Source of the DNA: Aplysia californica
Lineage: Eukaryota
Assembly: GCF_000002075.1 (NCBI RefSeq)
Contig: NW_004797352.1
Coordinates: 599,117 to 661,753 of the forward strand
Length of the DNA stretch: 62,637 nucleotides
Direction of reading: 5' to 3'
In this document: positions 28,901-43,900 of the stretch, piece after piece
How the letters are laid out: each line of letters begins with the position of its first letter
Position numbering within the stretch: the first letter of the stretch is position 1
The notes under the pieces: generated by a model
What the model was told of the DNA's origin: nothing
Databases searched by the model: none
What the model saw: the letters and a program-made list of their open reading frames with translations, nothing else
Position numbers and translations under genes: made by a program

Positions 28901-31900
28901 GCTAGCTGGAGCTGAGAGAAGCAACATCGGCTAATCGAGATCTACTAGAACACCATTAGGTGGGGCCCCACCAACATCTGTAAGTTTTGGATCTACTTCA
29001 AGACTCAAGACTCAACAAGTTAGTCATAACATAACATAAAGAAACTGATTCTGCAGACAGAAAACAAGTACCAAACACTGGTCAGGTTATGAGTGCAGAG
29101 AAAACAGCCATTTAGCAACTGAAGGTAAAAAGATGGTTCTGTGTATTCAAATGAAATATATGAAATAGTTCACAGAGTGGAAATATTACATAATGGTAGA
29201 AGCAAGGAAACCTTTGTTCGAGCTCATCCTGAACAGCTTGTCCACCTCGCTCAAGGACCAGCTTTGAAATTCTCCCCTTGCACAGGTCCAGGCTTTTGTC
29301 TACTGTTGTCACAATCACATCCGACTGAAAAGACAAAAATTGACATAATAAACTAAACTTCCTTTCAACTATCTTCAACGTCAAAGTGCTAAAGCACCTA
29401 CCTACAGCAGCCAACACTCTTCAGCAAAAGACTCACACTACTTTAAATTGGCTCTTGGTCACACAATTCATTCCTGCTTACCATTTCAGTCTCCTGTGGG
29501 ACGTATATCATTGCAGCCTTTAAGGCACATGTAAACATCACTTACATATTTCATCTCTACCAATAGTCAGACACTAATTTGCAGCTGGGTCAACGGAGAA
29601 AAATAGGGCTAGGTACTTTTCCTTATAACCTTGATGAGCTGGTGGTTCAAAGAAAGGAACAGTTATGTCCTGACTTTAGGGATGTGTATCCAAAGGCTTG
29701 CCAGCCCCTTGCTAAGGGTACACAATGTTAGAAGGCTCTCCCTTCAAATCTCATTGCCGCACCGAGCCCACCCCTTTTCATGACACATGTATTGCTGATG
29801 CCTGGTAAGCCGTTAGTGTTTTGGGATATAAGAGGGAGGCAGCATGCTTTTGATCTTCTCCCTTCCAGTCACTTCACTAGGCGGAAAAACCCATTCCACA
29901 CGATGGTGGATGTTCTTTAAAATTTTACGCACCAAATAGGTCTCAGTGCCACAAAACAGGAGAGGGAGAAGCCATACAGAAGACTAACAGATATGTATTC
30001 TAATGGATAAAATGGAAAAATAAATATCGAACATGTTATATTTGACCTTGACAATTAAAATATATTTATCTCAAACTAAATGGGGGAAAACAGTTCCAAA
30101 AGTAGTTTTTTAATCAAAACTTTTAAAGTAAGAACTAGTATTTATCAAACTTCTATTGCTCTTCACGATAAATTTGCTGCTTTGCTTTAAAGACAATTTG
30201 AAAGAGTAGCTGAGGTAGTCAAAAATTATATTTTTCTCCTGAATATTACGGTTTTACACACCCATTTTAAATTGGCAGTGTAAAACGTAAGGGATGAACA
30301 GGTGTTCCCATATCTTGGCCAACAGAAGCTTGCAACTATTGTCTGCAATTGGGATATTCTTTTTGAGAGAAATGGGACCATCCTTTTCTTATGCAAAATC
30401 AAAATTATTAGATAGCAAAGTTTGTTTAAAAATGAACAATGGATTCCATGACCACGACAAAAAGAAAGATATTGAATGCAACGTCTGAAGAAAACATGGA
30501 CAGGAAGATGTGATCTCTCTGTGGGTGGCATAAGTCTAAAAAATTCAAAGTCCACTGATGGGAGGAAAGGCAACAAAAAGTAGGAGAGTAGTATCAGAGA
30601 AAGGGTGTCTGCGTAGCCAAAGAGAAGGCTATAATAATCTTGATAACAACTTCATTGATTCGGCTTATACTGAGCTTTTAAGTGTAAGCCATAATAATCT
30701 TTTCTATCTGATCAGTTTAAGAATTTCCATTTTCCGGCACAAAAGTAAAGCAGTATTTATACCAAGAAAATTCTTAACTCATTATAAAATACTGCCTCAG
30801 CTCAATAGCAGAAGCACAGTCCACTCTACTTTGGTACAAGGATGCCTTGTCACAATATAAATGAGGGAGATAAATAATTCTCTGTTAGAAATTGGCTCTC
30901 ATCAAGTTCCCAGAAAAGGAACAACTGACAGTATTCAAGATAATTGCAAGACAGTTTCACATCAGTTATGAGATATTGACATCTAGAGCTGGTCATCACA
31001 TTTTTGGGTTGCAATAACTCAATTTTGGTGAGCAGAAGAAATGTTTTTCAAAATTGAAAATAGTGGAATATTTCCCCCCAAAAATTTGGCAAACAAAGTA
31101 TTTACAGAGAACTTATTAAAGTTAAAAGTATTGTAAAGAAGAGAAATGCACCTTTATCTGAGCAAAAAGTCAGATAAAGATTATGCCATGGGTATATCAT
31201 ATTCATAGATTCACAGCACTGAACAAAATCAAACTCAAAGGACAACATGCACTAGAGCCCACCTTCTCATCTAAGATTTGTCCACTCTTGACGGCAACAT
31301 CAATATGGCCAAACTTCACAATCCCACTTGGGTATGACTGATGATCAACTCCTGCTGCTCCCCTAGAAGCACCACTTGAGTCTAGGGAACATACATGATG
31401 TGTTCTTCTAAGATGATGAAGACATGACTACATTCAGGTATCGAGTTAATAGAAGTAGTGCTTGTATTGTGGGTAGATCAAAACATGATTTGTTCAATAA
31501 CATCTTTTGTTTTTATTGGTAAAAAATCTAAGTAGATGTTAATGTCGGGTCTCAGGACCCTTTTAACTCTTTCCTGACGTATTGCCGATATATCGGCAAT
31601 GATGGGCCGCCTCAGTTTTGTTTTGCTTTAACATGGTCCATCATTAATAAGGACTTATTATTGCTACTAGAAAACTTGGAACGGATTTAGGAAACGATAA
31701 TATATTTTTCTTTAAAATTAGGGAACGAAAATGTCTAGTTTCTCTTTGTCAAAGAGTCAGTTTGACAATAAACGAGGGAATTCATTCCTGCAGTTTTGCA
31801 TCATCTGAACGATGTCACTGGACTCATTACAAATATAGCTCAAACAAAAATTGGAATATTGCTTTCAAGTAAAAAGCAGTGCAGTCAGAAATGTGTGAAC

Positions 31901-34900
31901 TATGCTCCTGGCTGAGTGAGAATAGATAGCTATGCTGATTTGTTTTCACATGTTTGGTGAGTGTATTTACCCCCCCCCCCCATCAGAATTTACTTTTTTC
32001 ATCACCATCACCCATTTTAATCATTGTTATGCACGCTTGTGTTCAAATTTTATCTTTGTGTTATGTCTGAATATATTCCTAATTCAATTTCCTTCAATTT
32101 GATATATTACATGTTACCTTTTGAGTGATGGCTATGCTTATATGAAGTTATTTTGTACATCACCTGAATAGCCAAATTGAGTAAAATAATTTTTTACGTA
32201 TAGACCCGCCAAAAACTAAGTCAAGAAAGAGTTAAATGATATAAGCAAAAAAAATTATCCTGCACAAAAATTTCACTTCAATATTAAGAGCATTTTGCAA
32301 CCCTGTTCTCAGTTGGCAAAAATTGTTGGAGATGTTTCACATCTCTGTCGACTCTTGAGGGTAGGCTGCATTGACCATTCAAGGAATATACTGCCATCAA
32401 AGGATCGAACACATGTCCTTTGAGCGCAACGTAAAAAAGAATGTAATCATTAAAAAGCAGGCACAGGTTTCATTCTCAACAACTTCCCATTCATTACTTA
32501 ATTTGGTACTACAAAAGTAAAATGGAATGAAATTTTTATTAAGAGTGATTTCGAATCAGTTTGAACGAAGCACGGCGACGAATACACTTTATTATTTTTT
32601 TTCCAGGACAATGAATCAGTAAAGGAATTAAAAACATAAAAGCTATATATAGGCCTATATAACTACAGGAACAAAAACGAACAATAGGTCAAACTTTTTA
32701 ACCCAGATGGATTTAATCAAAGGTCAGAATTAAAGTATAAGAACCAAACAAAAAATCAAATAGATGGAGAAAAAAAGTGTACTTAAAAATGCTGGGTCAA
32801 ATAACTTTGAAAGTCTTTGCACTTAACGCTGAATCCAAATTGTTTAAGGGAGGACATAAAAGACCTCAATGATTATAACACAAACTGAACAAATTGAACA
32901 TGGAATGACCAAGAAAAGTTGAAAAAAATCTTCAAACTAATCGAACAGGACTAAAGTTACAAACTTTTCTACACTGATTATTAAAAAAAATGCAGGAACA
33001 ATGTGATTAGTAGTACATGTTTATGGTCAACTTTAAAAAAAGGAATTACACGTTGCAGATAACGCAGGTTACATGAACACTAGTAATCACCTGTCCCGTC
33101 TTTTGGTACACCTGCTATGGTAGATATATCAGTTTTCAGAATGACTTTGCAGCGTTTCAACAAAATATCAATGATGCTCCCTCTCTGGTCACATACATAA
33201 AGGTGTTCTACACCCTCCACCTTCTGGAAGGATCGGAATAAGCAGCTCCCAAAAATTGTGGCATTAAAGTTGAAGAATCCTGTTTAAAAAAAACAATTCA
33301 TGATTCAAGACAAACACAATGAAATAGTTTTAGATAAAGGACAATCCTTCACATAATTTCAATGGGCTCCTAATAATTATGACATTTTCTTCTTCACTTT
33401 CGGAAACAGATAAAAATCAAAAGACATGTAACCTGATAATCACTCTAGAATGCTAATCAACTGTTGCTAATACCAGACAACCTATAAAACAAAGAGTGAA
33501 TTAACATGTAATGAACTCACATCTAAATGTGCTCTACTGCTGCAGAAGTTCATAAAAATATGAATGCTTACACAGCGGCATTTCATAGCTTGGTGTTTTT
33601 CCACATCTTTAACCCATGATGATGAAAAGATATACCGTGTATTCTCACTGTTAGATGGATTAAGAAAATGAGTGCAAGGAAGTGCACACACAGACTTGGA
33701 GGTGTATGAAAATGAGTAGAGGAAGGAAGAGAGAGGGAGTTTTCTAATTTAGAAAAAGAAAGACAAGGAGGTAGGTTTTCTGCTACACCTAGAGTCACAC
33801 TGCCTTACAGTAAATCATACATGGTCTGACAGCAGAATTTAAACAAATAAATATCCATAGTTAAAAAAAAATATGTTTAAACCCAATTAAAAAACAGGAG
33901 AAATCTGATTTTATCAGAGTACTTGGCAAGTCTACAGAAGTCACTGTGAACACTGAAAACTTTTCAACTTAACTGAAGAAACAAGACAACTGGGCAGCAA
34001 AAATTATAATGTATTAGGACAAACCGTATATTACTTGATCAAAAGAAGTTTTGGTCTGCTTTCAGTTAACTTGTTTTAAACATAAAAAAGCCCTGACAAA
34101 ACTAATAAATTTGGGGGTTTTTTTTACCGTACGGTTGTTCAGGCAAACTTAGTAGTGGTCAGTTTGACCACTCTGACACTGCCTGGCTGGTAATTATGCC
34201 CACTCCACTGGCAGATCTGCTCCACATGGTAGATCTAAATCCTACAAACTGACTCAGATTTTAAAATAAAGTATCCTCCATATCCATTCCATTAACCAAT
34301 GAGTTCAAAATATCAAATAAAAGTGTAGAATCTCCTCTATAACTTGCAGTTCGAGCCGTGCTTCTATTTTTTCCATTATTTTTGGTATACTCTTAAAATA
34401 TCTCTATAAGTAAGTAGTGCATGACTGGCATTCTTTAATGTAAAAGCTTACGAAAACTACAGTAGTCTCCACCTACGACACCATCTCTTATGATCCCGCT
34501 TCACTTAAGATCCCGATAATTTAAAAAGTCAGAATTTTTACAGCACAATAGTCATCCCCAAGATCCCGTTATGAAGAGCTATACTCCACTGAGATCCCAC
34601 ATTCCAGATCATAATTTTCTGAAGTGAAACCTGGGATGAGCAGCTGATCAACAAAGTAGCAAAAATTTACAATCATTGTATTGGCCATTGTGTAAAAGAT
34701 CTTCCGCTCTTGTGAATGTGATTACATCTCAGTTGTAAATCTCAATGAGTGGGTACAATGTTTGCGGGAGACTTGCTTACACTGGGGTTTTATCGCATCA
34801 AAGTGCAACACATTGGCTTTCCACAAACATCACATTCACATTTGAACTTACCGCATAAACTTACATCACACATTGGGTAGTGAAAATGGTGAAATAGTAT

Positions 34901-37900
34901 AGGTTTATCAACACTTTTAGATTATTTAAGAGGCGGAACCTCCGAGTTAAACGTTTATCTCCAAAAAGACAGGCCAAAAGGGAAACTTGAGTAAAGTGCC
35001 TTTCCCAATAAGACAACATCGGACCAAGCTGGGGCTCGAAACCCTAATCCCGCAATCTCACGAACACCGGTCCGGTAGCCTAACTAGGCTACTGACGCCA
35101 CCACCAGTGGCGGCTCGTGGTTTATAGAACTGACCGGCCGTCATTCACATAGATTTTTCTCCCTCTCCCCCCACTCCCTTCCTTCACAACACACACACAC
35201 ATACTCTCTCTCTCTCCTCGTTTTATACCCCTACTTTCTCCATCCCCACACCCCTCCCCAACTCACACATACCACTGTAAACATTATACTGAGATTAATA
35301 TAGAAACTGACTCTGATCGGCAAAGAAAAAGAAACACTTCTATGCTAGAAAACAAACTGAAAGTGAGAAGCAATAAACTGCTGGTCCTGGCCTCCAGTAG
35401 GCTACTTTAACTAAAGACTCTTTCTTTCTACACCCCTACACAAAATATCGACGCGCACTCGACCCGTATATAATATAGTAAGAACTGTCCAGTATGATGA
35501 CAAAAAGTCAATTGATACTGTACCAATGATGCAGTCCCATGCAGATCAAATCTGCAATCAGATACTATACAAAGTTGGACAAAGTTAGAACACAACAGTT
35601 TCCGAACTTTATATAATCAAACGTTCTTCATCGCACTTCTCAGTTCTCAGAACACTGTTGTAACAAAGTGGGGAAGTGTGTCAAATGCTAATTATAGGAC
35701 TTGGTGTCTAGCTGGGGTGACGGTGGAAAAGGGGAGGGAAAGGAGGGGGTAGGCCTACTGTTTTCGGCCAAGACTCTGACAGCTGAGTGCCTATCACTCC
35801 TCGTTATAATTCTTCCTATATCTTAACTAGACGATTCCTCTTTTCACTGGCAAGACTCATATCGGCCAGGTATGTTATTAGTGGGAAGAAAGCGATGAAT
35901 AAATACCATGTGATGTCAAGGGACATGACTCTTATCTTTACTGTGGGAACTAGATAATTAGGGGAGTAGCACGCCCTTGGATGACGTCAAGAGCTTGGCG
36001 CGAAAAATAGAGATCGTCGGAGAGACTCATGGAGATAGTCAGTCGAACTCAGGACCACGACGAGACAACACCTATCTTGGACGGGGGCCCCCTGACAGAC
36101 CCGACGCACCGGACCACCAGGTAACTTTACAATACCAAACAGGAACTATAAGTGGCTAAAAATTCAATAAAAACAATAAAAGATTAGTGCCAAGCAGACA
36201 ATAAATGTTCTGATAATAGACAAAGGCTGAATGATAAATATATGTATAGCTGATAAAATAATACATGTGTCTGTGCTGCTCAAGACAGTCTCATTCTTAA
36301 CTTTGTAAGCAAAACAGAGGCCAATTTGGCAATTAAGGGATACTCTATTCGCTCTGAGGGCAGTCGATGGATTTGCCCAGCAGGCTAACACCATCGCTGA
36401 GCACGCCATGTTTGGCTTGGCCTTGTATGAGGTTCCGCGACGTGACGGCGTGACGAGTGACGATTTAAAGTCACGAGCCGGCGCAATAAACAAAGGTGAA
36501 AGAATGAGGCTCTGTCGTGACAAAACAGCAGTGAATCCCACATGTCTATTTGAGAGCCTTCAAATCAGCAAGGTGCTTTTTGAATGTTGATACATGTTTG
36601 TTTGGATTTACTTAAAAGAGAATGAAAATCATCATCAGCTATAAATCTCTTGTCAACAGTCCAGCTGACAAAAATTTGACCAGTTAACAAACCGCCCCTG
36701 GCCACCACATAGGGCCTACAACAAAGCTACATCAGATGGGATCACATTGAACTGTGAACTCATCCCTGCTTTTGTTTCTCTTACTAAGGAACTCATCTTT
36801 CAGCTCTTCACCTGGATTTAGTCGATAGATTCAGTCTATAGCCATTCTAGAAGTTTTATTGTGACTGTGAGTGACTTTTAAAATTGGATTCTACATTTTT
36901 TAGAGAAGGCATTATCGTTGCCAGGCTCACTGTGTGACAAAATTTTTTCATATTAATTTTCTAAACATATAATTATATAAATGTGAGTCATCATAGTGAA
37001 ATCAGGTGCTTGTTAAAATAATAAAATCCAAGAAATCAGCATTTTTCCGCCTGTATTCCAATTTTTACAAAATTTTTGGTCTTTTTGCTCAACACTTTTC
37101 ATCTGTCCCCGTCGGATTATGCGATTGTGCGGCCGCGTTTTTTGGCATAATTCTGGATACCCCGCGTTTTTTCACGTTTTTTAATAATAAAAAAAAAATA
37201 ATTTAACGCCTTGCCATGTGACTAAAGGGAAGTAATCACAGTCTCATTTAAATGACAAGTTGGTTATTTCCCTTGATATGGATTTTTGTTCCTTGAGCAT
37301 TTCCATTTTTTCAATCCTCCAAAAGTTTTTCTCAGGTCTGCTGATGTTTAATGTTTGCCAGGTGTCCCTGGTTTTAGTTTTAGTGATGTGCCAACATCAG
37401 AGGTCCAGGTGATTAAAAAAAACAAACAAACCATTTTTCTTCCCTCTATACAGCTGAAAGTTACAGAAATTATATTTTATGGTTGTTTTTTCTGACTGAT
37501 GTGTATCTTTCCAAATACACAAAAAACCACTGAGTGATACTGATAGGTTCTGTCTTCAGTTCTTCTGCTCATAGATCTAAAACATGAAAAGGCGACCTCC
37601 CCCCCCCCCCCCTCTCCTTCAATTGCAAATACCTTGACTTCTATTCAAGATAACTGGATATTATTTTCATTGAAAGCAAGAGAAATAAACGGGTTTACAG
37701 ATTATACCATTAACTCCATACGCCCAAAAATTGAAGGGCACCCCACGGCGTCACTTTTCGCCCGATTCTGTTACTTTTAGTTCGCGTGACTCAGCAGCCC
37801 GCCGGAGCTCCCCGGCTCGGGGTCACGGGGTTAATGAGACCTGAAGCGACTTTGCCGCTGTCGGTCAGGAAGTTCGCATTTTTTACTATGTTTAAAACAA

Positions 37901-40900
37901 TATAACTTCTTCCCCATCCCATATAGCAAACCATTACGCAGATGTACTAAAAGCTCAAAGTCAAAGTCTTGAGATTTATTCTGTGTTAGAATGGTTAGTT
38001 TCTGTGACTTAGTTTTTGTTCTAGACAAGTGTTTGTAGAGTACCCAATTTGTCCTATTTTAGTTACAAACTTATGAATAAATGATTGTTAATTTTAAAAA
38101 AGGCTCGACAGATCTCTCCAAAATCTGTGTTAAACTGACTACGAATATCATGTCTTTTACCATGAGAAATCTTAAATCTGCGCGATTAGTAATAGTCAAG
38201 TTATAAGAGAAGAAAGATGCACATCTGCATTTTTAAACTAAAGACGATCAGCGTTAGCTCTTATTTTACTATTAAACAAAAGAAAGTTACTCTGCGTTTG
38301 TTCATGAATCATGCTGTGTCTGTGGCAGCCTGCATACAACTAAAAAGATATAATATAAGCGATTTAAAAAACCACAAACCGTGTAAATGTATGGGTAGAG
38401 ATAAACTTCTTGTATGGAATAAAAATAATGACAGCTAAAACATTCATTCTTAGTTTTTGTGTAGGAAATATGCGCGGACACAATTATGAATGTAAAGAAA
38501 TCAGTCACATTGTCAGTTATAGCAAATGGTCATAGAAAAGAAAAAAAAGCTGGAAAAGTCTGGTGCTGATTCAGTGTCCCTGGAAAGCTAGAAATTATTC
38601 TTATAACCCATTTACGAGAAGTCATCCCTATTATTGAGTCAACTTACAAAACCTAGACTTAGCGTTTTAAGGAAAGTAAGGAATTTCTGGAGTGTAACAG
38701 ATACTGTTCGTGTATTAGATCTACGTTGAAAATGTATTCTAGCACTAAAATCGATTAGTACTTTTCATAGAAAAACTTCATGGTAACTTTTATAAACTTT
38801 CGAGAAAATATGCGAATATTTACGATTATATTAGACATATAAAGTTGTATTTGGAGGGATTACTTCATAGCCAATTGTGTGCCCGATGGATAAAATTGTA
38901 AAATTACAGCCTTCTATTATAAGCGCAGATACCATCTTTTGTGAGTATCTGCACAAATGTTATGTCGTTCATGTTCCAAAAGTTCGACAGATTTTGACGA
39001 TGCCTTTTTTTTATATTGATTTTTTTTTCATTCACGCTAGTCCAAAAAAAATTACAATTTAGCATTGCCGACTCCAGCGCGTCTAACGAAATAACCAGAC
39101 AAGTTACAACGTCCGTTCTTTTTTGAGTCTCAAGAGCAGAAATGCGTGCTTTGGATGCACTAAATGAGAATTACCATAAATACAAGGATACACCTTAAAT
39201 TGTATGTTGAAAAGTACCAAAAATTATGTCGGCCCAGACAGAGCGGCGACAGGGAGCTGACCCCCGTGACCCCGACATGATAAGGCGCCCGGCGGGGAAC
39301 CCCCCGCGGCAACTAAAATTCCACTGCCGGTGCGCTATGACCCGATTCCACCGCATTGTAGCACATATAAACATAATATTTTGTTCTCCACAAACACCTG
39401 TCACGCAAGTTTAAAATATGAAATCTCTTCGAATGTAATGTGCACTGAGCATTTTTTAGAAAATGGAAATACACAGCATAAATGCTGCTTATTATTATTC
39501 TATTTATAAAATTTTTAAACATTGCAAATATGAGATTTCAAGAATACAACCAGCTTCACTGAGGTGAATCAAAGGGTATAGGATGTGTGTTTTTTCTTTA
39601 AATGCCTTCCCCTAAATTCCACTATTGACATCATAAGAGTCAAAGAGGAGCATTTACACAAATTAACAGCAGAATTTTACCATCCACTCCAACTGCAGGA
39701 ACTGCAATGGACTTGCTCCCAGCATCCACAGCTTTTTTCAGGCACTGTAGCACAGCCTGCTCAAGTAGCTCAGCTTCGTTCCCAGAACCATAATTGACAG
39801 GGCAGATGAAATGAAAGATGTTTGAGAAACTGCTTAGTTCACCACCTGAAGTGCGAATTACTGTTCCAACAGTTGAACCAGACCGTGCCTCTCTCAGCTC
39901 CCTTGCAATGGCCTGGCCTCCTGCAAAAATAGAGAGAGAGGGGACAATTTTTTAAAACCCACCACAAAAAATAGAATAATACATGTGTTTTCTGAAACCT
40001 ATGGCACTGTTTTCACAGCATAGGAAAAGTATGCCTGTAAACATGGTTGCTCTGGCTAAATAGGTCAGAAGGTCCAAAGTTCAGTTTGAATTTCATTTTT
40101 TTTTCTAAAGCACTCAGCCTAGAAAGAAGACCTGCTTCCAACTCCTCACCCTCTCTCTTTTCCCAGACATAACTACAGCAGGTAGCACAAGGCCTCAGAG
40201 AATATCAATCTTTGTCAGACAACCCCCCCCCCCCCCTTTTCACAGAATTGTAAGGTGGATGATTTTATTCTGAATAATACATTTTGGAGAAATTAAAGAT
40301 TAAGGTAAAAATAATAAGGCAAACATAGAGAAACAATTTCAAACCATTTGCAAGAACTGCTTTTCCCAAGGAAAATCTTGTATCATATGATAATCCGTTT
40401 TTAGCATCTAGGGGGTTGACCAATGCATCAATCTGCTGAATTCCCAGAATGTTGCCTTGGGCAAAAGTAATCTTGGTCCTCCCCACTTGACACATTGCTA
40501 CCTCACTGGGCGGAACCACTGGCTCCACAGAACCCTCTTGCCTGGCAGTCCCTGCAGCGGGCTTTTCACTGACTTTGACTACGCAGGAATTCCGGCTCCC
40601 AACTGACTCAAGAATATGCCTTCCTTCATCATTAGAGAGGAACTCTTTGATGCCAAAGTGCTTGATAGTTGTTTCTTTCACCTTGATCTTGTCCCTGGGG
40701 AAAAAATATCCAAAAATAATAAATGCATTTTTTTTTCTTCACTGAAGAAGAGTGATGATGTTGCATGGCATAGATACTGACACTTGGAGTTAACCTACAC
40801 CCTGACCTGTTAGAACAACTCATGCACACAATTTTGGGAGTCTTGTGCCAATGAAAATGTCTCAGTGTGTTAGTATATGACACTATACTTGAAGGAAGTA

Positions 40901-43900
40901 ACAGGTTTTGGATAAGAAAAAGATTCATTTGAGAACAGCAGTCTCGGTGGGTAGAAAGTCGTACGAGGTTTCATGAATGAGCAAGCTGCGAACATCCACA
41001 CAGGGAAAAGAAGCTTTTAAATACTTAAAATGTGGCAAACTTTTCTCTGCCACAGTTGGTCCAATTGGCCATAGCAAAAGCCACAAGTATTCTTAACTTT
41101 TATTTTTTCCTGTTTCGTTTAAGATGGTAGCTGAGGGCTCACTTAGTTATTTGTTGACCAACTTTCACCACATTTCACACATATATAACAAGCATAGTGT
41201 GGATACTTCAAATACGCAATAAAATTTTTGGAAAAAAGTTTCATTGCCAAGGGGAGGGTGGCCGTATTGGATTTTGTTGATATGTCTTATACAGTTAATA
41301 TCTCACCTATTTTAAATGAATATAGGTTATTTTGCATGATTGTTAATAAACAATAGCTCTACAAAATTTGTTTAATTTTATTCCTAAACAGATTAGAAAC
41401 TTTTAAATGAATTTTTTTCTTCAAGTGACATTCAAGGCTACAAAAAATCAGTGGAAGTTTACACTCCCGACACCACCAACAAAAGTCTACTCCATATATT
41501 GTAAATTCAATACACAATTTTATAGTGTTTCATCTTCTCTTCTTTTAGTGAAAATTTCATCAAGATTGAATTAAAAATGGCAGAGTAATCTAAAAAAGTA
41601 TATAATAGAAAAAAGTGTTTTTTTTAGAAAACAGACGAAAAGCAAAATAAAAGGGTCTTTAGGAGGACATGGTGGTACTAATTAAATGCTTGATATGTGA
41701 CAAAATAAGGGTTTAGGGGGTTCTTATGCCATGACATAGTTATAAAGGTGTAGTGATCTAGCATAACACTGACAGTTCATTCACCGTTAGGGTTGGTGAT
41801 TTTTTGGATTTTTGAAATACAAATTTAAAAAACCGACTTTTAAAATTTTAAATAAGATTTTTATAAATTTAAATCCCATTTTTTTAATTTTAAAAAATGT
41901 TGACACAGTTTGGAATCTTTAGTAGCTAAAAGTATGTTCTTTTAGTGCAAAATGCATTGTCTTTATTTATTTTAACTAAATATCAATTTAAGCAACTGCA
42001 AAAGAAAGCCTTGCCTGCTATATCAGTGAATTATTCATGGCTACAGAGAAAAAAATTAAGAAAATGTCAGTCTCAAAGGAAGGGGGGGGGGGGTAATTAT
42101 GCATAGATAAACTTGTATTTTATAACAGTGTGTGTGTGTGTGTGTGTTTGTGTGTGTGTGTATGTGTGCGTGTGTGTGTGTGGGTGTGCATGCTTGTGTT
42201 TGTCTAAACAGAAAAAGTTAATTTCAATTATGAAAAAACCCAGTAAATTGAATACTGTATTATTGTGTTTCTTTTCAAAACCTTCAACCCCAAACAGCGT
42301 AAAGGGTAATTTCAACATGATCTAAATTGTTGGTTATTGTAATACTATTAATATTGTATGAAAGCGATTTACTTAAAAAATTCCTTCAGTTGCCATTTTG
42401 TTCCTTGGAATAATATCTGAATTATTATTTTTGTTACATGTTTTGAGATGTATTTGTTAGTGTTTTTATCCTCAGTCACAGTTGATTTGATCTGACATTC
42501 AATAAATTATTAAGTTTACAGTTAATAAATCTAGACATTTCCTTAGTCCGTGTGTGGGTGTGTGTGTGCGTGTATGTGTGTGTGTGTGTACGCGCGCTTG
42601 TGTTTGTCTTTAAAAAAATGCTTATTTCAATTATGAAAAAAGGTAAATTGAATACATACTATTTTACAGTGACAGGAGGGAAAAGCAGACTTTCAAGCAT
42701 GATTATAATAGTCTACTAAACCCTATATTTGTTTTATAAAACAAAGGAAAGGCATTCTGAATGTTTAAATACGTAAAAACTGAATAAAAATATATTTAAA
42801 AAAAAAAGTGATTTAAATCACTGACTTTTATTTTAAAAATCAAGTTGATTAAAATTTTAAAAAAATCAACTGATTTAAATCAACCCAACCCTGTTCACCA
42901 TAGAGGACTGATCTTGTAGCTTATTAATATATAATGTGGGATCATTGATCAATCAAACATTGATTGCCATCACGCATAAATATATATTATTATGGATCGG
43001 GTTGACTGAAAGTTGTGGTGGTTGTGTTACATGGATGGTACCCAGAATACNNNNNNNNNNNNNNNNNNNNNNNNNNNNNNNNNNNNNNNNNNNNNNNNNN
43101 NNNNNNNNNNNNNNNNNNNNNNNNNNNNNNNNNNNNNNNNNNNNNNNNNNNNNNNNNNNNNNNNNNNNNNNNNNNNNNNNNNNNNNNNNNNNNNNNNNNN
43201 NNNNNNNNNNNNNNNNNNNNNNNNNNNNNNNNNNNNNNNNNNNNNCAAAAACAGAGTGAGTGTTGGTGGAGAAGTAAATAGCTTCTCAGAAAAGCATTAT
43301 GGTCACAAAATCAGCTTAACAATTAAGCAGGTCATATGAGTCATAGACAGCTAAATTTAGAATTTTTTGACACTTTAGTGAAATCCAAAATATTTACCAA
43401 ACTTTTCATTGTAGAGAGGTTTTACAGGATGCACATTTCATAGTGATTTTATATGTACCAACTTTTTCTCATTTTATTTCAATTCTATTACAGCAGCCAG
43501 AAAAAGCTTCATAAATTCTCACCTGATTTTTGATAAGAGTTTCTTTCCTTCTTTCACACCTGGGACAAATCCATTGAGGGTGATTTTGTCCGTGTTTCGG
43601 CACATTTGTGAGCCTGACTTGCTCAGTGCATTTTCTAAAGTTTTCAGATCCGTTTGTAAGAAATGGTCCATGAAAGTCTGGCAACTTTCAGAAAAACTAA
43701 TTTCAAAAGACTTTAACTCATTCTCCTTCAGGAATTTATCAATTTCAGCCTTCAATGCAGGCTGGTCCTCTTGAAATGCTGTGATACACATAAAGGACTC
43801 GGTTGGATCCACCAATATGTCCACACCCAAAAACTGATTATCCCTGTCTGTGAGATTTTGCAATTTTAACAGGAAATCCTTACCATGCTCAGTTTCCCAC

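Larger units (their letters stand above)
25801..29036 (+). mobile_element. Ty3/gypsy LTR retrotransposon, internally deleted (no protease or RT)
   Basis: LTRs at 25801-26057 and 28779-29036 (TG...CA); 5-bp TSD TAAAG; TGG-starting PBS at 26058; PPT at 28766-28778; RNase H precedes integrase. Confidence 0.95.

Noticed and set aside
42936-43339. ORFs containing long X runs
   Set aside because: Artefacts of the assembly gap. Exon phases across this intron already match, so no missing exon is required.
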